From: Actinomycetota bacterium
GTDB lineage: Bacteria > Actinomycetota > Acidimicrobiia > Acidimicrobiales > CAIXPF01
NCBI GenBank assembly: GCA_034211175.1
Contig: JAXHUH010000073.1
Span: forward strand, 1-64,000
Length of the DNA stretch: 64,000 bases
Reading direction: 5' to 3'
Shown here: one piece after another, positions 1-13,441 of the stretch
Position numbering within the stretch: position 1 is the first letter of the stretch
How the letters are laid out: the number at the start of each line of letters is the position of its first letter
Translations under genes and position numbers: made by a program
Notes under the pieces: model-generated
Told to the model about the DNA's origin: nothing
The model's input: the letters and a program-made list of their open reading frames with translations, nothing else
Database searches by the model: none

Positions 1-3
1 AGT

Positions 4-32
4 GGCGCGACCCCGGTGGCCGGGGTCGCGCC
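4..32 (-). terminator. GC-rich hairpin (13-bp perfect stem GGCGCGACCCCGG/CCGGGGTCGCGCC, 3-nt loop) just 3' of the minus-strand PFOR/DHOD-like operon
   Basis: Perfect inverted repeat read directly at the window start, 5 nt after the stop (38-40) of the last minus-strand gene. The U-tract cannot be assessed because it lies beyond the window edge. Confidence 0.45.
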
Positions 33-37
33 CCGGC

Positions 38-1056
38 TCAGAGCGCGCTGATCGCGGACAGCGGGTGCGACATGAGCGTGCGGATGTAGTTCGCCCGCTC
101 GAACGCCGTCGGGTCCGGTGACGCCAGCTGGCTGAGGCTGCCCCGGGCCTGGTCCACCGAGACGTAGTCCCGGTCTCCGAACCAGGCGCGGATCCCGTCG
201 AGCACCCCGGCCACGTGGTGGGGGCCCCGCTGGAGCAGCGCCGCGGTCATCATCGTGACGTCCGCGCCGGCCAGGATCAGCTTGATGGCGTCCTCGTCGG
301 TGTGCACGCCCGTCGTGGCGGCCAGCGACGCGTCGAGGCGGCCGTGGAGGATGGCCATCCACCGCAGCGTGAGCCGCAGGTCGGCCGACGTGCTCAGCTG
401 CAGGTTGGGCACGACGGTCAGCTCATCGAGGTCGATGTCGGGCTGGTAGAAGCGGTTGAACAGCACGAGGCCGTCGGCGCCCGCATCGACGAGGCGCCGG
501 GCGAGGTGGCCCGGTGAGCTGACGTAGGGCCCGATCTTGACCGCGAGCGGCATCGACACCGCCGCCCGCACTTGCTCCACGAGCCGCACGTACTGGTCGT
601 CGATCTCGGCCGAGGACCGGTCGAGGTCGGCGGCCACGTAGTACACGTTCAGCTCCAGCGCGTCGGCGCCCGTGTCCTCGATGTCGCGGGCGAACGCCGT
701 CCACCCGCCCGGGGTCACGCCGTTGAGGCTGGCGATCACCGGGATGTCGAGCGCGTCGGTCGCCCGGTGCACGAGGTCGAGGTAGCGCTCGGGACCCGAG
801 TTGTAGCCGTCGAGCTCGGGCAGGTAGCCGTCGGTGGCCTCGGGGTGGTGACCGATGCCGAGCTCCAGCTCGTCGTGCACGGCCAGCGCCTCGGCCACGA
901 CCTGCTCCTCGAACAGCGACGGCAGGACGACGGCGGCCACGCCGGCGGACTGGAGCTCGACGAGCCGGCCCACGTCACCGGTCAGCGGGGAGGCGGACGC
1001 CACGACCGGGTTGGCGAGCTGCAACCCGAGGTAACGGGTGGTGAGATCGGTGACGG

Positions 1057-1060
<4 letters not shown>
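38..1060 (-). CDS. dihydroorotate dehydrogenase-like (class 1 DHOD family) flavoprotein, co-operonic with PFOR
   Basis: 340-aa ORF with a DHOD-family TIM-barrel signature (ASASPLT, NRFYQPDIDL, GADVTMMTAALL). Its start overlaps the PFOR stop (1057-1060). Confidence 0.8.
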
Positions 1061-4638
<3,578 letters not shown>

Positions 4639-4913
4639 GCTGCGTGCTCCTGGCTCTGGAGTTGTCGCGGCGCGTCGGCCACGGGCGCTGCGTCCCGCTG
4701 GCGCGCTCGCAGGGGGGGGTGACACCGGTTCCCGGCGGGGCCTGCTGCTGCGCAGGTCCGCCCGTCCGGGTGCTGGGTGCTGTGTCGGTGGGTCGTGTCG
4801 GGTCTGTTACCGATCACGGTGCTCGGGGCGCCCGCTCGTCACCAGGGGCGAACGGCCTACAGGCCATGGGCCCACGTCACGACCCGAACCGCCGGTGTCG
4901 ACAGCGCATCCGC

Positions 4914-5414
4914 TCAGCGGTTGTGGGGCTCGGCGGGCTCTGCGGGTGGGACGAGCTCCAGCACGGGGTAGCGGCCGGCCACGGCGACGAAGTCGGCGAC
5001 CGGGGCGTCGTGGTCCACCTCGACGCGGACCCGGGCCTTCGTGGCCACCGCCAGGTACCGCTTCAGCACCGGACCGGCCTCGTCCCGCGTCGCCTCCCGC
5101 ACCTCGTAGCGCCGCCGCGTCCGCCCGTGGCGCAGCTCGACGGTGCCATCGGCGCGGGCGTTGCGCACCCAGCCGACGACGCCGTAGGGCGCGACGAGCC
5201 ATCGGCGGCCGTCGTGGACGACGGGGACCACCGGCTTGGTGTGGGGCTGCCCGGTGACGCGGCCCCGGGTGGTGAGCAGGTGGATCGGCCCGATCCCCGC
5301 CCGGGCGAGCAGCCCGACGAGCGCGTCACCGGCTCGCCACACGGGGCTGTCGAACCTCGGGCCCGGTGCCTCGGCGGCGTCGGGGTGTCCGTGGTGCTTC
5401 TCGGTGTTCGGCAC
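4914..5414 (-). CDS. nitroreductase-family deazaflavin(F420)-dependent oxidoreductase (DUF385/PPOX-like)
   Basis: 166-aa ORF. Motifs TTRGRVTGQPHTKPV, DGRRWLVAPYG, NARANP-like and RHGRTRRRYEV are typical of actinobacterial Ddn-like proteins. Confidence 0.8.
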   Translation of the reverse strand: MPNTEKHHGHPDAAEAPGPRFDSPVWRAGDALVGLLARAGIGPIHLLTTRGRVTGQPHTKPVVPVVHDGRRWLVAPYGVVGWVRNARADGTVELRHGRTRRRYEVREATRDEAGPVLKRYLAVATKARVRVEVDHDAPVADFVAVAGRYPVLELVPPAEPAEPHNR

Positions 5415-5432
5415 GATGCCTCCCTCCGGTTG

Positions 5433-5462
5433 GATACCGATAAGTATATACTGGACGGTATC
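5433..5462. promoter_or_regulatory. 30-bp dyad operator candidate (GATACCG-N16-CGGTATC with nested perfect palindrome AGTATATACT) between divergent nitroreductase and TetR genes
   Basis: Read directly. It is an AT-rich island in a 70% GC background, inside the 110-bp divergent intergenic region 5415-5524. Confidence 0.5.
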
Positions 5463-5524
5463 TGGAGGCAGGGGTTGTGCTCGGCGAACGGCTGCCGGCC
5501 GGCCGCGAGGGGTGACGGGGAGCC

Positions 5525-6109
5525 ATGCGACAGGAGGAACGTCGGGCGAGGACCCGTGGGCGGCTGCTCGACGCGGCGGCCGAGGTGTTCGGCCGGGTCG
5601 GGTTCCACGCCGCGACGATCGACGACGTGGCGTCGGCCGCCGGGCTGACGAAGGGCGCGGTCTACGCCAACTTCGAGGGCAAGGACGGCCTGTTCCGGGC
5701 CCTGCTCGACCGCCACCTCGACCACCAGGTCGACGCGGTCGATCGACTGCTCTCGGGTGGCGACCTGCGAGGTGACCTGGTGGCCGCGTCGGCCGCGTCC
5801 ATGGGTGGTGACGGATCGTTCGGCCTGCTCATGCTCGAGCTGTGGCTCTACGCGGCGCGCGACGACGGCGCGAGGGAGGCGTTGGCCGAGCGCTACGAGC
5901 GGATCCGCTCGACGCTGGCCGCCGCGCTCGCCGAGCGGGACGAGTCATCCGGCCACGTCGAGGGCCGGGACGCCGCCGAGATGGCCACGGTCGTCCTCGC
6001 CCTCGACGCCGGGCTCTTCCTCCAGCACCTCGTCGACCCCGACGCGGTCGGGCCCGACCTGCGGGCCCGGGCGATCGCCTCGCTCGTCGACCCGCAGGGC
6101 GGGACCTGA
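5525..6109 (+). CDS. TetR/AcrR family transcriptional regulator
   Basis: N-terminal TetR HTH (RLLDAAAEVFGRVGFHAATIDDVASAAGLTKGAVYANF). Confidence 0.85.
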   Translation: MRQEERRARTRGRLLDAAAEVFGRVGFHAATIDDVASAAGLTKGAVYANFEGKDGLFRALLDRHLDHQVDAVDRLLSGGDLRGDLVAASAASMGGDGSFGLLMLELWLYAARDDGAREALAERYERIRSTLAAALAERDESSGHVEGRDAAEMATVVLALDAGLFLQHLVDPDAVGPDLRARAIASLVDPQGGT

Positions 6110-6114
6110 TCGCG

Positions 6115-6381
6115 TCAGAGCCGGTCGGTGCCCGGGTGCAACGGCGTGATCAGCAGGCGGCCGGACGCCGTGACCTGGGCGATCAGGTGGCGGACGCCGT
6201 CGCGACGGAGGTACACCTTGCCGTGGGCCGCCGGCTCGAGCCCGAACGGCCCGCCGAGCTCGCGCTCGAGGACGGACCGGTGTCGCTCGACGAGCTGGTG
6301 GACCCGTTCGTGGGCGTCCCGCTCGATCCCGTCGAGGTCGAACTCCGGCCAGTCCTCGGGCCCGATGCCGATCGTGCTCAT
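6115..6381 (-). CDS. hypothetical small acidic protein (88 aa)
   Basis: ORF with non-repetitive, protein-like composition. No recognisable family. Confidence 0.35.
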   Translation of the reverse strand: MSTIGIGPEDWPEFDLDGIERDAHERVHQLVERHRSVLERELGGPFGLEPAAHGKVYLRRDGVRHLIAQVTASGRLLITPLHPGTDRL

Positions 6382-6521
6382 GCCACGGGCCCGCTCATGT
6401 CGCCGCCCGGGTCATCTCGCGGGCGTCATGTCGCAGAGGTGCTCGCCATGGCTCCACTGAACCAGACGGGGCGCGCCGGCGCGCGCTCGACGTCGGGCGC
6501 GGCCCCTGGTGGCTGACCCGG

Positions 6522-6764
6522 TCAGGCGGCCCGGTCGTCCCCGTCGGGTACGTACGTGGCGATCACCACACCGGCGGTGGTGGTCACCGCCGACACGAGG
6601 TGCAGCGGGAGGTGGGGCCCGGCATCGGGGAACAGCCGGCGACCCTGCCCGAGGACCACCGGGTGGATCGGGACGACGTACGCGGCGCCGACTATGGTCT
6701 GACCAACAGTCCACGACCACGACGGCAGAGCGGCCCGTTTCCAGGCGGTGCACCGGGCGACCAT
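6522..6764 (-). pseudogene. C-terminal relic of a dihydrofolate-reductase-family (RibD C-terminal domain) protein
   Basis: The 80-aa ORF ends with the family-typical C-terminus (PVVLGQGRRLFPDAGP...LVSAVTTTAGVVIATYVPDG). The N-terminal ~110 aa expected for the family are absent. That space is occupied by the plus-strand oxidoreductase gene starting at 6835. Confidence 0.5.
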
Positions 6765-6834
6765 GATGGTCCGGGCTGCTCGTACGAGCCCGACCGCACC
6801 ACGCCGCCCGCCCCGGCCCCCAGGAGCGCATCAC

Positions 6835-7869
6835 ATGAAGGCCGTCCGCTACGAGACCGTCGGCGGGCCGGAGGTCCTCCGGTACCTCGATGTGCCCGAC
6901 CCCGAGCCCGGCCCGGCCGACGTCGTGGTGAAGGTGGCGGCCTGTGCGCTCAACCGGCTCGATGTGGTCCAGCGCAACGGCTGGTTCGAGATGCCGGGCC
7001 GGCGGATGCCCCACATCGCCGGCATGGACGTGGCCGGCGAGGTCGCCTCGGTGGGCAGCGCGGTGACCGACGTGGCGGTGGGCGACCGGGTGGTGATCGA
7101 CCCGTCCCTGGCCGGCGTCGACGGCGACTCGGTCTATGCCGGGATGGGCGACCTCTACGGCGAGCTCGGCGTCATCGGCGCCACGGTCGACGGCGGCTAC
7201 GCCGAGCTGTGCCTGGCCCCGGCGAGCCACGTGTACCCGGTGCCGGCGGACATGCCGCTGACCCATGCGGCCACCTTCCCGACGACCTACCTCACCGCCC
7301 ACCACGCCCTGTTCGCCACCGGCGGGCTGCAGGCGGGGGAGACGGTGCTGATCCACGCGGCCGGCTCCGGGGTCTCGGTCGCCGGCATCCAGCTCGCCAA
7401 GCACGCCGGCGCCACGGTGCTGGCGACGGCCCGCTCCGACGCCAAGTGCGAGCGGGCCCTGACACTGGGTGCCGACCACGTGTGCAACACCGTGACCACC
7501 GACCTCGTCGGCTGGGCCAGGGAGGCGACCGGCGGCAAGGGCGTCGACATGGTGTTCGACCACGTCGGCACCGCCCTGTTCGGGCCGTCGCTGTTCTGCC
7601 TGGCCACCAAGGGCCGGCTCGTGAACTGCGGCAACTCGTCGGGTGACGAGGCCACGATTCCGTCGCTCGGGTACCTGTACCACATGGGCCTGTCGATCCT
7701 CGGCTCCGACCCGTACCGCCCCGAGGAGTTCGGGCCGGTGTGGGAGACGTTCTGCACCGGTGGCTTCGAGGTGGCGATCGACGCCGAGCTGCCCCTCACC
7801 GAGGCGGCACTGGCCCAGGACAAGATGCTGGCGTCGGACTTCTTCGGCAAGATCCTGCTGGTCCCGTGA
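6835..7869 (+). CDS. zinc-binding alcohol dehydrogenase / NADPH:quinone oxidoreductase (MDR superfamily)
   Basis: Typical N-terminus (MKAVRYETVGGPEVLRYLDVPDPEPGPADVVVKVAACALNRLD) and Rossmann motif (AAGSGVSVAGIQLAK). ATG chosen at 6835. The ORF track starts further upstream. Confidence 0.85.
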   Translation: MKAVRYETVGGPEVLRYLDVPDPEPGPADVVVKVAACALNRLDVVQRNGWFEMPGRRMPHIAGMDVAGEVASVGSAVTDVAVGDRVVIDPSLAGVDGDSVYAGMGDLYGELGVIGATVDGGYAELCLAPASHVYPVPADMPLTHAATFPTTYLTAHHALFATGGLQAGETVLIHAAGSGVSVAGIQLAKHAGATVLATARSDAKCERALTLGADHVCNTVTTDLVGWAREATGGKGVDMVFDHVGTALFGPSLFCLATKGRLVNCGNSSGDEATIPSLGYLYHMGLSILGSDPYRPEEFGPVWETFCTGGFEVAIDAELPLTEAALAQDKMLASDFFGKILLVP

Positions 7870-7892
7870 CCGGGCGCTGCTGAACGATCGCC

Positions 7893-8987
7893 GTGTTCGA
7901 ACCCCGCGACCCCGCCTACCCGGAGCTGAAGAAGACCCACACCGCGGCCCGGGTCGGTCGCCCGTGGACCGACTACAAGCCGCCGCCCGCCGCGCCGGTC
8001 TGGGGTGTGATCGAGGGCCTCGGCCGCTACCACACGCTGTGCGCGGCGCTGGAGCTCGGGGTGTTCGACGCCATCGAACGCATCGGACCGTGCGACGCCG
8101 CCGGGCTGTCCGCCGAGCTCGACGTCTCGGCGACCCACCTCGAGGCGCTGGTCGACGCGGTCGTGGTCATGGGCCTGCTCGACCGGGTCCACGGCCGCTA
8201 CGAGCTGAACGACACGACCCGGCGCTACCTGGTGACCGACGGGCCGGCGTCGATGGCGTCGCTCGTGCCGGTGGCGCCCGGCCCCCACGAGAACTGGGGC
8301 CGCCTGGCCGACACCGTGCGCCGGGGCCGCCCGGCGACCCCGATCGAGGACGACCCGGCCGCCTTCTACGTGCCGCTCGTCGAGGGGACGTTCACGACCA
8401 CGTTCCGCACCGCGAGCCGGGCCGACCTGAAGATGCGCTACTCGGCGCTGCGGGCGCCCCGGGTGCTCGACCTCGGCGCCGGTGGTGCGCCGTGGGCGAT
8501 CGCCGTGCTCTCCGCGGTGCCGGACGCGACCGCGGTGGTCAACGACCTGCCCGGTGTCGTGGGTGTTGCCGAGGCGAAGCTGGCCGAGCACGGGGTCGCC
8601 GACCGGGCGGAGGTGCGCGCCGGGGACTACTTCGAGATCGCGATCGAGGACGACGCCTACGACCTCGTCGTGCTCGGCCACCTGTGCCGGGCCGAGCCGC
8701 CCGTCGGCGCCCGCCGGCTGATCGACCGGGCGTTCCGGGCGCTGCGCCCCGAGGGGCGGATCGTGCTCTCCGACTACTTCGTGAACGCCGACGAGCTCGG
8801 CGCCAACCCCCACGCCGTGCTCATGGGCACGACCGTGATGGCCAGCACGGCCGCCGGGCGCTGCCACTCCCACGCCGACATCTCCGGCTGGTTGGCCGAC
8901 GCCGGCTTCGAGGCCATCCGCCTGATCGAGCCGATCGGCTTCCAGCAGGCCTACGTCGCCACCAAGCCGACGGCCGACCTGCACTGA
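7893..8987 (+). CDS. class I SAM-dependent O-methyltransferase (Methyltransf_2 with N-terminal dimerisation domain)
   Basis: 364 aa. Dimerisation-domain-like N-terminus and SAM motif (VLDLGAGGAPWAIAVL). Confidence 0.85.
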   Translation: MFEPRDPAYPELKKTHTAARVGRPWTDYKPPPAAPVWGVIEGLGRYHTLCAALELGVFDAIERIGPCDAAGLSAELDVSATHLEALVDAVVVMGLLDRVHGRYELNDTTRRYLVTDGPASMASLVPVAPGPHENWGRLADTVRRGRPATPIEDDPAAFYVPLVEGTFTTTFRTASRADLKMRYSALRAPRVLDLGAGGAPWAIAVLSAVPDATAVVNDLPGVVGVAEAKLAEHGVADRAEVRAGDYFEIAIEDDAYDLVVLGHLCRAEPPVGARRLIDRAFRALRPEGRIVLSDYFVNADELGANPHAVLMGTTVMASTAAGRCHSHADISGWLADAGFEAIRLIEPIGFQQAYVATKPTADLH

Positions 8988-9060
8988 GCCGCCGGTCCCC
9001 GCGCCGGGCCTGACCGGAGACCCACCCCGACCCGCCGAACGACCGAGGAGCAGCCGAGCG

Positions 9061-10446
9061 ATGGAACGGATCGACACCCTGGTGCGGGGTTGGTACGTGG
9101 TCACGATGAACGCGACCCGCGACATCATCCGCGACGGCGTGGTCGCCATCCGCGACGGCGCCATCGTCGACGTGGGCAAGGCGTCGGACCTGGCGGCCCG
9201 CTACGAGGCGGCCGAGACGATCGGCGGCGACCGGTTCGTGGTCACGCCGGGGCTGATCAACACCCACATCCACATCACCGGTGAGCCGATCACCCGGGGC
9301 TACGTCCCCGACGACACGCCCTTCGAGGAGAACGTCTTCGTCTGGCTGTGCCCGCTCTACGCCATCGCCAACCCGGCGGAGGAGCGGCTGTCGGCCCAGC
9401 TCGCCGCGGTCGAGATGCTGCGCTCGGGGACCACGTCGTTCCTCGAGGCCGGCACGATCAACTACCTCGACGTCGTGATGGAGGCGCTGGCCGACATCGG
9501 CATCCGGGGCCGGCTCGGCCGTTGGGTGTGGGACCTGCCGCCCGAGCCGAGCGTCTACCGCCAGACGACCGACGAGGCCATCGCCCAGCTCGAGCGCCAG
9601 CTCGACGAGTACGCGTCGGTGGCCGACGACCGCCTGGCCGCGTGGTCGATCATCGTCGGCCACACCACGTGCTCGGAGCCGCTGTGGAAGGCGGCCCGCA
9701 CCCTGGCCGACGAGCGCGGCGCCGGCATGAGCTTCCACATGTCGCCGGCGAAGATGGACCCCGACGGCTACGCCGCGGAGTTCGGCCAGCGCCCGATGGT
9801 CCACCTCGACGAGATCGGGGTGCTCAAGCCGGCGACGGCGATCACCCACTGCGTCCACGTCGACGACCGTGAGATCGCGCTGATGGCCAACCACGGCGTG
9901 TCGGTGGCCCACTGCCCGACGACGGCGCTGAAGGTCAGCTACGGCGTGACCCAGATCGGCAAGATGCCGGAGATGGTGCAGGCCGGGGTCAACCTGGGGA
10001 TCGGGACCGACGGCAACAACGCCTCGAACTACTCGGACCTGATGCGGGCGACGTACTTGGTGGCCGGGCTGTTCAAGGACGCCCGCACCGACCCGCAGAT
10101 GTTCCCGGCCGAGAAGGCGTTCGAGATGGCCACCCTCGGCGGGGCGAAGGCCCTGCAGATGGAGGACCGGATCGGGTCGCTGGAGGTCGGCAAGCGTGCC
10201 GACCTCGTGCTCCACGACACCGACCGGCCCGAGTGGCGGCCGCTGCTCAACGTGATGAACCAGCTCGTCTGGTCGGCCGACGGCCGCGGCGTGCACACCG
10301 TCCTGGTCGACGGCCGGACCGTGGTCGCTGACGGCCGGATGACGACGATCGACGAGTCCCGCCTGTGGTCGGAGGTCCAGGCCGCCGGCGAGGCCATCGC
10401 CACCCGCTCCGGCCTCCCCGACAAGGCCAAGTACCCCACCCTCTGA
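9061..10446 (+). CDS. amidohydrolase (TRZ/ATZ chlorohydrolase / guanine-deaminase-like metal-dependent hydrolase)
   Basis: 461 aa. Metal-binding signatures (GLINTHIHI...; HCVHVDD; GTDG). Confidence 0.85.
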   Translation: MERIDTLVRGWYVVTMNATRDIIRDGVVAIRDGAIVDVGKASDLAARYEAAETIGGDRFVVTPGLINTHIHITGEPITRGYVPDDTPFEENVFVWLCPLYAIANPAEERLSAQLAAVEMLRSGTTSFLEAGTINYLDVVMEALADIGIRGRLGRWVWDLPPEPSVYRQTTDEAIAQLERQLDEYASVADDRLAAWSIIVGHTTCSEPLWKAARTLADERGAGMSFHMSPAKMDPDGYAAEFGQRPMVHLDEIGVLKPATAITHCVHVDDREIALMANHGVSVAHCPTTALKVSYGVTQIGKMPEMVQAGVNLGIGTDGNNASNYSDLMRATYLVAGLFKDARTDPQMFPAEKAFEMATLGGAKALQMEDRIGSLEVGKRADLVLHDTDRPEWRPLLNVMNQLVWSADGRGVHTVLVDGRTVVADGRMTTIDESRLWSEVQAAGEAIATRSGLPDKAKYPTL

Positions 10447-10492
10447 GGCGGCTAGGGTCGGTTTCGTCGTTGGACCGAGGGGGAGGCCGCCG

Positions 10493-11377
10493 ATGCCGAT
10501 CACCGCCGAGTTCCCGTGGGCCAAGCAGCACGTCGATGTCGACGGCAAGCGCATGGCCTACGCCGAGACGGGGGAGGGCGACCCGATCGTCTTCCTCCAC
10601 GGCAACCCGACGTCGTCGTACCTGTGGCGCAACATCATCCCCCACGTCGCCGACCTCGGGCGCTGCATCGCACCCGACCTCATCGGCCAGGGTGACTCCG
10701 AGAAGCTCGCTGACCCGGGCCCCGGCTCGTACCGCTTCGTCGAGCACCGCTTCTACCTCGACGGCCTCCTCGACGCGCTCGGCGTGCACGAGAACGTCAC
10801 CTTCGTCATCCACGACTGGGGCTCGGCGCTCGGCTTCGACTGGGCCAACCGCCACCGCGACGCGGTCGCCGGCATCGCCTACATGGAGGCGATCGTCATG
10901 CCGGTGAACTGGAGCGACTGGCCGGCCGAGGCGCAGCGCATGTTCCAGGGCCTGCGCAGTCCGGCGGGCGAGGAGATGGTGCTCGAGAAGAACCTGTTCG
11001 TCGAGGCCGTCCTGCCCGGATCGGTGCTACGGGGCCTCGCCGACGAGGAGATGGCCGAGTATCGCCGTCCGTTCGCCGAGCCCGGCGAGAGCCGGCGGCC
11101 GACGCTGACCTGGCCCCGGGAGATCCCGATCGAGGGCGAGCCGGCCGACGTCGTCGCCATCGTCGAGTCCTACGGGGCGTGGCTGGCGGAATCGCCGGTG
11201 GCGAAGCTGCTGATCGCGGCCGAGCCCGGCGCCATCCTCAACGGCCGCCAGCTCGACTTCGCCCGCTCGTGGCCGAACACGACCGAGGTCACCGTGAAGG
11301 GCAACCACTTCGTCCAGGAGGACAGCCCCGACGAGATCGGCACGGCCATCCGGGAGTGGATCGTGGCCCGCCGCTGA
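10493..11377 (+). CDS. dhaA: haloalkane dehalogenase (DhaA/DmbA type alpha/beta hydrolase)
   Basis: 294 aa. Signature motifs: [16 protein letters not shown], nucleophile elbow HDWGSALG, catalytic His context [14 protein letters not shown]. Confidence 0.9.
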   Translation: MPITAEFPWAKQHVDVDGKRMAYAETGEGDPIVFLHGNPTSSYLWRNIIPHVADLGRCIAPDLIGQGDSEKLADPGPGSYRFVEHRFYLDGLLDALGVHENVTFVIHDWGSALGFDWANRHRDAVAGIAYMEAIVMPVNWSDWPAEAQRMFQGLRSPAGEEMVLEKNLFVEAVLPGSVLRGLADEEMAEYRRPFAEPGESRRPTLTWPREIPIEGEPADVVAIVESYGAWLAESPVAKLLIAAEPGAILNGRQLDFARSWPNTTEVTVKGNHFVQEDSPDEIGTAIREWIVARR

Positions 11378-11467
11378 GCGGCGCACACGGCCGCACAGGC
11401 CGGGCGGCCACGGGCGAACGCGGTTTCTCCCGGGACGCCGACCGTCACATCGGGATACCATCGGCCC

Positions 11468-12022
11468 GTGGTCGGCCTCTACCTCGCCGCAGCCATCATC
11501 GGCGTCCCGCTCGTCGCCTACTTCGCCATCGCCGGCGAGGGCGACGAGATGGACACCGACGTCGACCTGGACGTCGACGGTGCGTTGGACGCCGGCGGCC
11601 TGCTCCACAGCATCTCGTTGGCGACCGGCGCGTTCTTCACGGCGTTCTTCGGTGTCGGCGGCCTCGCCATCGGCGCCGTCGGTGCCGGCACGCTGGTCAC
11701 GTTGCTGATGGCGATCGTCATCGGCGCGATCGCGGCCGGCATCCAGATGGCCCTGTGGCGGTTCGTGCGGAGCTCGTCGCAGTCGAGCGAGGTCGGCGCG
11801 ACCGAGCTGGCGGGGCGCCCGGCGGAGGTCGTCATGCCGATCGGGCCCGGCCGTCGTGGGCGCATCAGCCTCGTCGCCGGAGGCCAGCGGCTCTACGTGA
11901 GCGCCGAGGCGCTCGACGAGGACGTCGCCAACGGCATGTTGGAGAAGGGCCAGGCGGTCGTCGTCGTGACCGTCGAGCGCGGGGTGGCCACCGTGTCCAG
12001 GCTCGACGCCGAGCTCGCCTGA
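11468..12022 (+). CDS. NfeD-family membrane protein (OB-fold, flotillin partner)
   Basis: 184 aa. N-terminal hydrophobic helices plus a C-terminal OB-like segment. Sits immediately upstream of a flotillin gene, the classic NfeD-SPFH pairing. Confidence 0.75.
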   Translation: MVGLYLAAAIIGVPLVAYFAIAGEGDEMDTDVDLDVDGALDAGGLLHSISLATGAFFTAFFGVGGLAIGAVGAGTLVTLLMAIVIGAIAAGIQMALWRFVRSSSQSSEVGATELAGRPAEVVMPIGPGRRGRISLVAGGQRLYVSAEALDEDVANGMLEKGQAVVVVTVERGVATVSRLDAELA

Positions 12023-12074
12023 TGCCACACCCCACGGGCGGCGCCCTTCGCCGCCCGGTCCCCTGGAGGAGACC

Positions 12075-13424
12075 ATGGAAGTCGTCGTCGTAGCCGCGCT
12101 TCTCATCCTGGTGGCGATCTTCGCCGCGCTCGCCGCGGTGCGGTCGTTGATCGTGATCTGTCCGCCGAACATGGTCGCCGTCATCTCCGGTCGCAGCCGG
12201 GCGCTCACCGATGGTCGCCAGGTCGGCTACCGCGTGCTCAAGGGCGGCCGCACGCTCCGCGTGCCGCTGCTGGAGAAGGTCAACTGGATCGGGCTGAACA
12301 CGATGCCGATCGAGGTCGAGGTGAACAACGCGTTCTCCAAGGGCGCGATCCCCCTCAACGTCCAAGCCATCGCCAACGTCAAGGTGTCGAGCACCGACGG
12401 CCTGCTCGAGAACGCGGTCGAGCGGTTCCTCGAGAACGGCCAGGGCGCCATCGCCGACATCGCCAAGGAGACCCTCGAGGCCAACCTGCGCGGCGTGCTC
12501 GCGACCCTCACGCCGGAAGAGGTCAACGAGGACCGCCTCAAGTTCAGCCAGACCCTGATGGACGAGGCCGACGACGACATCAAGACGCTAGGGCTCGAGC
12601 TGGACACCCTGAAGATCCAGAACGTCTACGACGACGTCCACTACCTCGACTCCGTCGGTCGCCGCCAGACCGCGCAGGTGGTGAAGGAGGCGAGGGTCGC
12701 CGAGGCGCAGCGCACGGCCGAGTCCGAGGAGGCCGAGGCCGAGGGCCGGCGGCGCGCCGAGATCGCCCAGGTCAACGCCGACCTCATCGTCGTGGAGGAG
12801 CGCAACAACCTGCGCGTCCGCACCGCCGAGCTCGAGGCGATCGCCGCGGCCAAGGAGGCCGAGGCGAAGGTCGCGGGTGACAAGGCCCGGGTCGTCGCCG
12901 AGCAGAGCCTCGAGACCGAGCGCATCGAGCTCGAGCAGCGGCGCCTCGAGGCCGACGTCGTCACGCCGGCCCGGGCCGAGCTCGAGGCCCGCCAGCTCCA
13001 GGCGCGGGCCGAGGCCGCCCCGATCATCGAGAACGGCACCGCCCAGGTCGAGGTGTTCAAGCGCCTCGCCGACCAGTTCCGCGAGGCCGGCCCCGAGGCC
13101 GAGCGCATCTTCGTGCTCAACATCCTCCCCGACCTCGTCGAGCGCATCGCCGCGACGGTCGAGGGCGTCGACATCGACAAGGTGTCGATCATCGGTGGCG
13201 GTGGCGACGGCCGCGAGATCGGCGGGCTGCTCGGTCAGCTCCCGGCGTCGGTGATCAGCCTCACCGAGCAGATCGAGAACGCGACCGGCGTCGACATCCT
13301 GTCCAACCTTCGCAAGACGACGGAGGCGAACCGCTCGGCCCAGGCCGAGGGCAACGGCGCCACGACCGCCCCGACGCCCGCCGCACTCGGTGAGGGCGAG
13401 TCGGGCATCGACCACACGAGCTGA
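12075..13424 (+). CDS. flotillin-like SPFH/band-7 protein (YqiK family)
   Basis: 449 aa. N-terminal TM helix, SPFH domain, and a long Ala/Glu-rich coiled-coil tail (EAQRTAESEEAEAEGRRRAE...). Confidence 0.85.
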   Translation: MEVVVVAALLILVAIFAALAAVRSLIVICPPNMVAVISGRSRALTDGRQVGYRVLKGGRTLRVPLLEKVNWIGLNTMPIEVEVNNAFSKGAIPLNVQAIANVKVSSTDGLLENAVERFLENGQGAIADIAKETLEANLRGVLATLTPEEVNEDRLKFSQTLMDEADDDIKTLGLELDTLKIQNVYDDVHYLDSVGRRQTAQVVKEARVAEAQRTAESEEAEAEGRRRAEIAQVNADLIVVEERNNLRVRTAELEAIAAAKEAEAKVAGDKARVVAEQSLETERIELEQRRLEADVVTPARAELEARQLQARAEAAPIIENGTAQVEVFKRLADQFREAGPEAERIFVLNILPDLVERIAATVEGVDIDKVSIIGGGGDGREIGGLLGQLPASVISLTEQIENATGVDILSNLRKTTEANRSAQAEGNGATTAPTPAALGEGESGIDHTS

Positions 13425-13441
13425 CCTCCGGCGGCGTCAGC
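13420..13441. terminator. short hairpin (GCTGAC-N10-GTCAGC) shared by the convergent flotillin and PD-(D/E)XK-like genes; both stop codons lie in the stem arms
   Basis: Read directly. 6-bp stem only, so a weak terminator at best. Confidence 0.3.

Noticed and set aside
6412-7683. 423-aa minus-strand ORF antisense to the quinone oxidoreductase
   Set aside because: No motifs and Arg/His/Gly-rich. The plus-strand MDR gene is clear.
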